Source of the DNA: Octopus vulgaris
Lineage: Eukaryota
Length of the DNA stretch: 64,000 bases
Direction of reading: 5' to 3'
Assembly (NCBI GenBank): GCA_951406725.2
Contig: OX597836.1
Coordinates: 248,001 to 312,000 of the forward strand
Within the stretch, counting starts at the first letter, position 1, and each line of letters starts with the position of its first letter. Positions 60,600 through 64,000 of the stretch are shown one piece after another. The notes under the pieces were generated by a model. The model saw nothing but the letters and a program-made list of their open reading frames with translations, did not search any database and was not told the origin of the DNA. The position numbers were made by a program, and so were the translations under genes.

Positions 60600-61500
60600 T
60601 GAACCATGTCCCTGAGTAACATTGCCAGCTAAGGATTTCTGGAAGTTATGCATAGTCCTTAGCCCAGAAGAATGCCAATTGTTTTAGGAACACTTTGGCC
60701 AAAATCTTAAAACTTTGCACTTGTCAGAGTTATTGGCTGGAAATTATCTATAACTTTTCCCTGTTTGGCATCCTTTCTCAGCAGTATTACTACACTCCAG
60801 CTCAGAAAGGTAATTTTCTCTGCCTGTTTATGGTAGATGTCTGTTTAGAGGACACTAAACATGTCTGACATATAACCATAAAGCTTACAGAGCCAACTAT
60901 CCAAACAATTTACTCCTTGTGCCGCTACCCACTTCCTCCTGATTAGCCTTTTGCAGCATCTTACACCTTATGCTGACAGTTGTTACCAGTGAAGCAAAGT
61001 GCTGCTGGAAGGCTGTGCACACCTGCTTGGAACTGAGCAGCACACACCTGTCTCAATCCATGCTTGGAACTGAGCAGCACACACCTGTCTCAATCCATGC
61101 TTGGAACTGAGCAGCACACACCTGTCTCAATCCATGCTTGGAACTGGGCAGCACACACCTGTCTCAATCCATGCTTGGAACTGAGCAGCACACACCTGTC
61201 TCAATCCATGCTTGGAACTGAGCAGCACACACCTGTCTCATTCCATGCTTGGAACTGGGCAGCACACACCTGTCTCAATCCATGTTTGGAACTGAGCAGC
61301 ACACACCTGTCTCAATCCATGCTTGGAACTGAGCAGCACACACCTGTCTCAATCCATCAAAAGCAGAATTGTGCTTTTGTTGCCTCTGCTACCAGAGCCC
61401 AACAAAGGACCTTCATTCCCTCTTGTTTTAGCACACAAGCTTTGACTCTAACAATACAGCCTTTGTGTTTTGCACTGAAGAAATGTTCAAAAGCCCTAAT
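60600..61500 (-). mobile_element. L1/Tx1-like LINE ORF2 fragment (RT N-terminus) containing a minisatellite
   Basis: VVILLRKDAKQGKVIDNFQPITL...KILAKV and CTAFQQHF segments on the minus strand. Confidence 0.7.
61024..61356. repeat. Minisatellite: 9 x 37 bp (tgcttggaactgagcagcacacacctgtctcaatcca)
   Basis: Nine contiguous units without spacers; single substitutions in units 4, 6, 7 and 8. Confidence 0.95.
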
Positions 61501-63714
61501 ATTTTACATTATTTAAAACACTTGAGGAAAATGCTTAAGCCGGTTGTCATTACCAGATGTCCTTGAAATTCATTCTATATTGAGTGCTCGTTTTCTCTCT
61601 TTCCCCCTCTCCCTCCCCACCTCTGTGTGTGTGTGTGTGTGTGTGGTGTGTACACACACACACTCTTACACACTCACTATTTCTTCATCTGGAGCATTCA
61701 ACAAAACTCTTTCTAGAATGATGTCTTGGATTAGAATTTTGTTTTAGAAAAGTTAATAACTATTCACTAATTTATTAAAAATAAAAGAAAACATGACTTA
61801 ATCTATTTCTGCTCTGAAAAACGGCACAAAATGGTAAATTTTTGGAAGGTGCAGAGGTATTTAAACTGACTTCTGCACTTTAGTGGTAGTGTTTGATCAA
61901 TACTGAATGAATAAAAGATGTAATAAAATAATGGTTTCTAATGTAGGCACCAGACCAAGAAATTTAGGGCAAGCAAACTTGATCCCAGAACTTGATTCCA
62001 GAGAGATGAGAGGAAAAAACTGACCTTGTTGGGATTTGAATTCTGAATATTAAGATCCAGAAGAATTACTGCATGACATTTTGTCTTCTACTCTAATATT
62101 TCTGCCAACTTTCCCTCTGGAGTAATTTAAATTGTAAGAAATTAATGTATAATAAACAGACATATTTTACAGTTTGCATATGAAAATAGAACTAATTTGT
62201 ATTTATTTGTACGTATACCGTGTTTGTCTTTGTTGTGTCTGTATACACACATCTTTTTATTGTTTTTGAGTCATTGACTGGGACACTGCCATTGAAGTGT
62301 TTTGTTGAACAAATCAAAACCAGCGCTTATATTTGAAGTCTGGTATTTGTCCTGTAGGTTGTTTTTGCCAAAATTGTTAAGTAAGAGGAATATAAACAAA
62401 CCAACACTGCTGGTCAAGTGATGGTGGGGGCACATACACAAAACACACACACATACACATTGTTTCCTTCTCCTAAATTTACTCACATAACAATATTTGG
62501 CCCAGGGTTGTAGGAGAAGACACTTGCTCAAGGTATCGCACAATGGAATCATTTCTACATGCACATGCGTGCATGTGTGTGTTGTCTCCTGTCATGAGAT
62601 AGTTGTAAAAGAGTGTCATTATTATGAACATGGTGTCCTTTGTCCCCAATTTTCTTTGAAAATATGTCTAGGACAGTCAGATGTGATCGGAACAAAGTTT
62701 GGCTTAGTTGGCATATGTTCGCTATTGTTTTGGTAAATTTTCCAGCAGAGAAATTATTCCCTTTGCTTCCTCCAGTCTCTTACTTAGTTGTGTCTGTGTA
62801 TATCTGAACACATGCAAAAGTAAAGAGAAATAGTTTGTTGGGGTTTTGTCCCTGGCTTTCTCTTGTTGAAATATGATCAAAGATATTCCATCCATCATTA
62901 TTCAAAACATAATTAAATACTGGAAGCATTTTGTTTGATAGTCTAACAACTCAGAGGTGTATTAATTTTTTAAGATATGTACTTGAATTGATATCATTAA
63001 CTGGAAACCCTTGAAGTTGGTGTCCCACCCTGGCTGCAATTCAGTGTCTGGAACCTGTAAAACAATAAAAAAAAAAGTTAAAGTATATTGAACAGAGTAG
63101 TTCCTAATATATACTAGGGGCCTCACTAAAAAAAAAAATATGGCAATGTGTTTCCACTGGAACTTGGTTGCTATTCCTTGCAGGTCAAGCAATTGCGTAG
63201 GAAGAGATCTTTCATTAATTTGGTGTTGGCTGGTTATAAAGTGTGGAGTAGTGGCGGAAGTGTGAGAGTCAAAAGACTTCTTGACATACAAACATTTAAT
63301 AAATGCTTAATCAATACAATAATTTCAATGCATTTGTGAGTATATCATTGTTGTTGAATTCCCTCCACCTCAAGATTGAGTAGACTGAACTGTGATTAGA
63401 TCTGCTCCAGCTGTGACCATCCCGTTTTCTTGTCAGACAAAGTTGAGAGATATTAATCTGCTTCAGACTGTTTCACAAATAAAACAGTCTGAATTACCAA
63501 ATTTTTCTGCATTTATTGACTTCTGAATCTGTCGAACACCATGTCATATTTTTAGTAACATTAGACAAACTTTGATTTATTGATGTTGTTTAACCCTAGG
63601 TCAATTTCTAATCCAACAGACTCATAGTCAAAAAACATTTCAGTTGTGACCTTGTTATTGGGTTATCTGCAGTGTAATTGTAATTGATTCAACATTTTTA
63701 CAGAACAGAACAGT

Positions 63715-63779
63715 TTTGTAAAAGTGGGAGTGGCTAACAGACACCCATAATATATGTTAGCCACTCCCACTTTTACAAA
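63715..63779. repeat. Perfect 25-bp inverted repeat with 15-nt loop
   Basis: tttgtaaaagtgggagtggctaaca (63715-63739) and tgttagccactcccacttttacaaa (63755-63779). Confidence 0.9.
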
Positions 63780-64000
63780 CTATGTTACATGATTAAATGT
63801 TGAGTTGTGTGAAAAACAAGACATTGTATCCAATGCTCTTAGTAACTCTGCCAGTTTTCTATATTTTGGGATGTATATATAATATAGAATATAATTTAAC
63901 ACTTAGAATAAAAAAAAACATCCAGTGCCAAGTGGATGGTGTCCTATCAGTTCCTTGCAGATAATTTCCCTATTAGAGGAATTAGACTCTTATGATAGCA

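Noticed and set aside
61024-61356. 37-bp repeats as a CRISPR array
   Set aside because: Units are contiguous with no unique spacers, there are no cas genes, and the context is eukaryotic; it is a minisatellite.
63184-63339. Exon 2 of the gene starting at 57519 (ttccttgcag acceptor)
   Set aside because: The acceptor lies in a dispersed repeat motif (ttggctgctatttctagcaggtc-like, also near 47010 and 58830); the peptide is unrecognisable and the frame ends in a stop at 63339.

Overview
AT-rich, intron-rich animal genomic DNA; the SINE/LINE repertoire resembles coleoid cephalopod (octopus-like) repeats, which is an inference. Host genes reconstructed by hand: (1) the first two coding exons of INTS9 on the minus strand, leaving the window at the left; (2) an intronless, head-to-head RSAD1/HemW radical-SAM ORF (2529-3863, +); (3) a complete 21-coding-exon ELAC2/RNase Z(L) gene (minus, 47385 to 10026, 2442 nt, 813 aa, all GT-AG, phases consistent); (4) a probable first coding exon of an unidentified plus-strand gene at 57519-57572. 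The rest is mostly tRNA-derived SINEs, decayed RTE, R4/Dong-like and L1/Tx1-like LINEs, fold-back elements and micro/minisatellites. There is no CRISPR array, rRNA, intact tRNA or prokaryotic operon, and I cannot claim a new multi-gene system. The best leads are an ASPM-like IQ-repeat fragment inside a LINE, Penelope-like fold-backs with hammerhead-like cores in an ELAC2 intron, inverted SINE clusters bracketing ELAC2 exons 6-7, a perfect pre-miRNA-sized hairpin, and the ELAC2 uORF/dual-AUG start region. Repeat boundaries are approximate. Family assignments come from motif recognition, not database searches.
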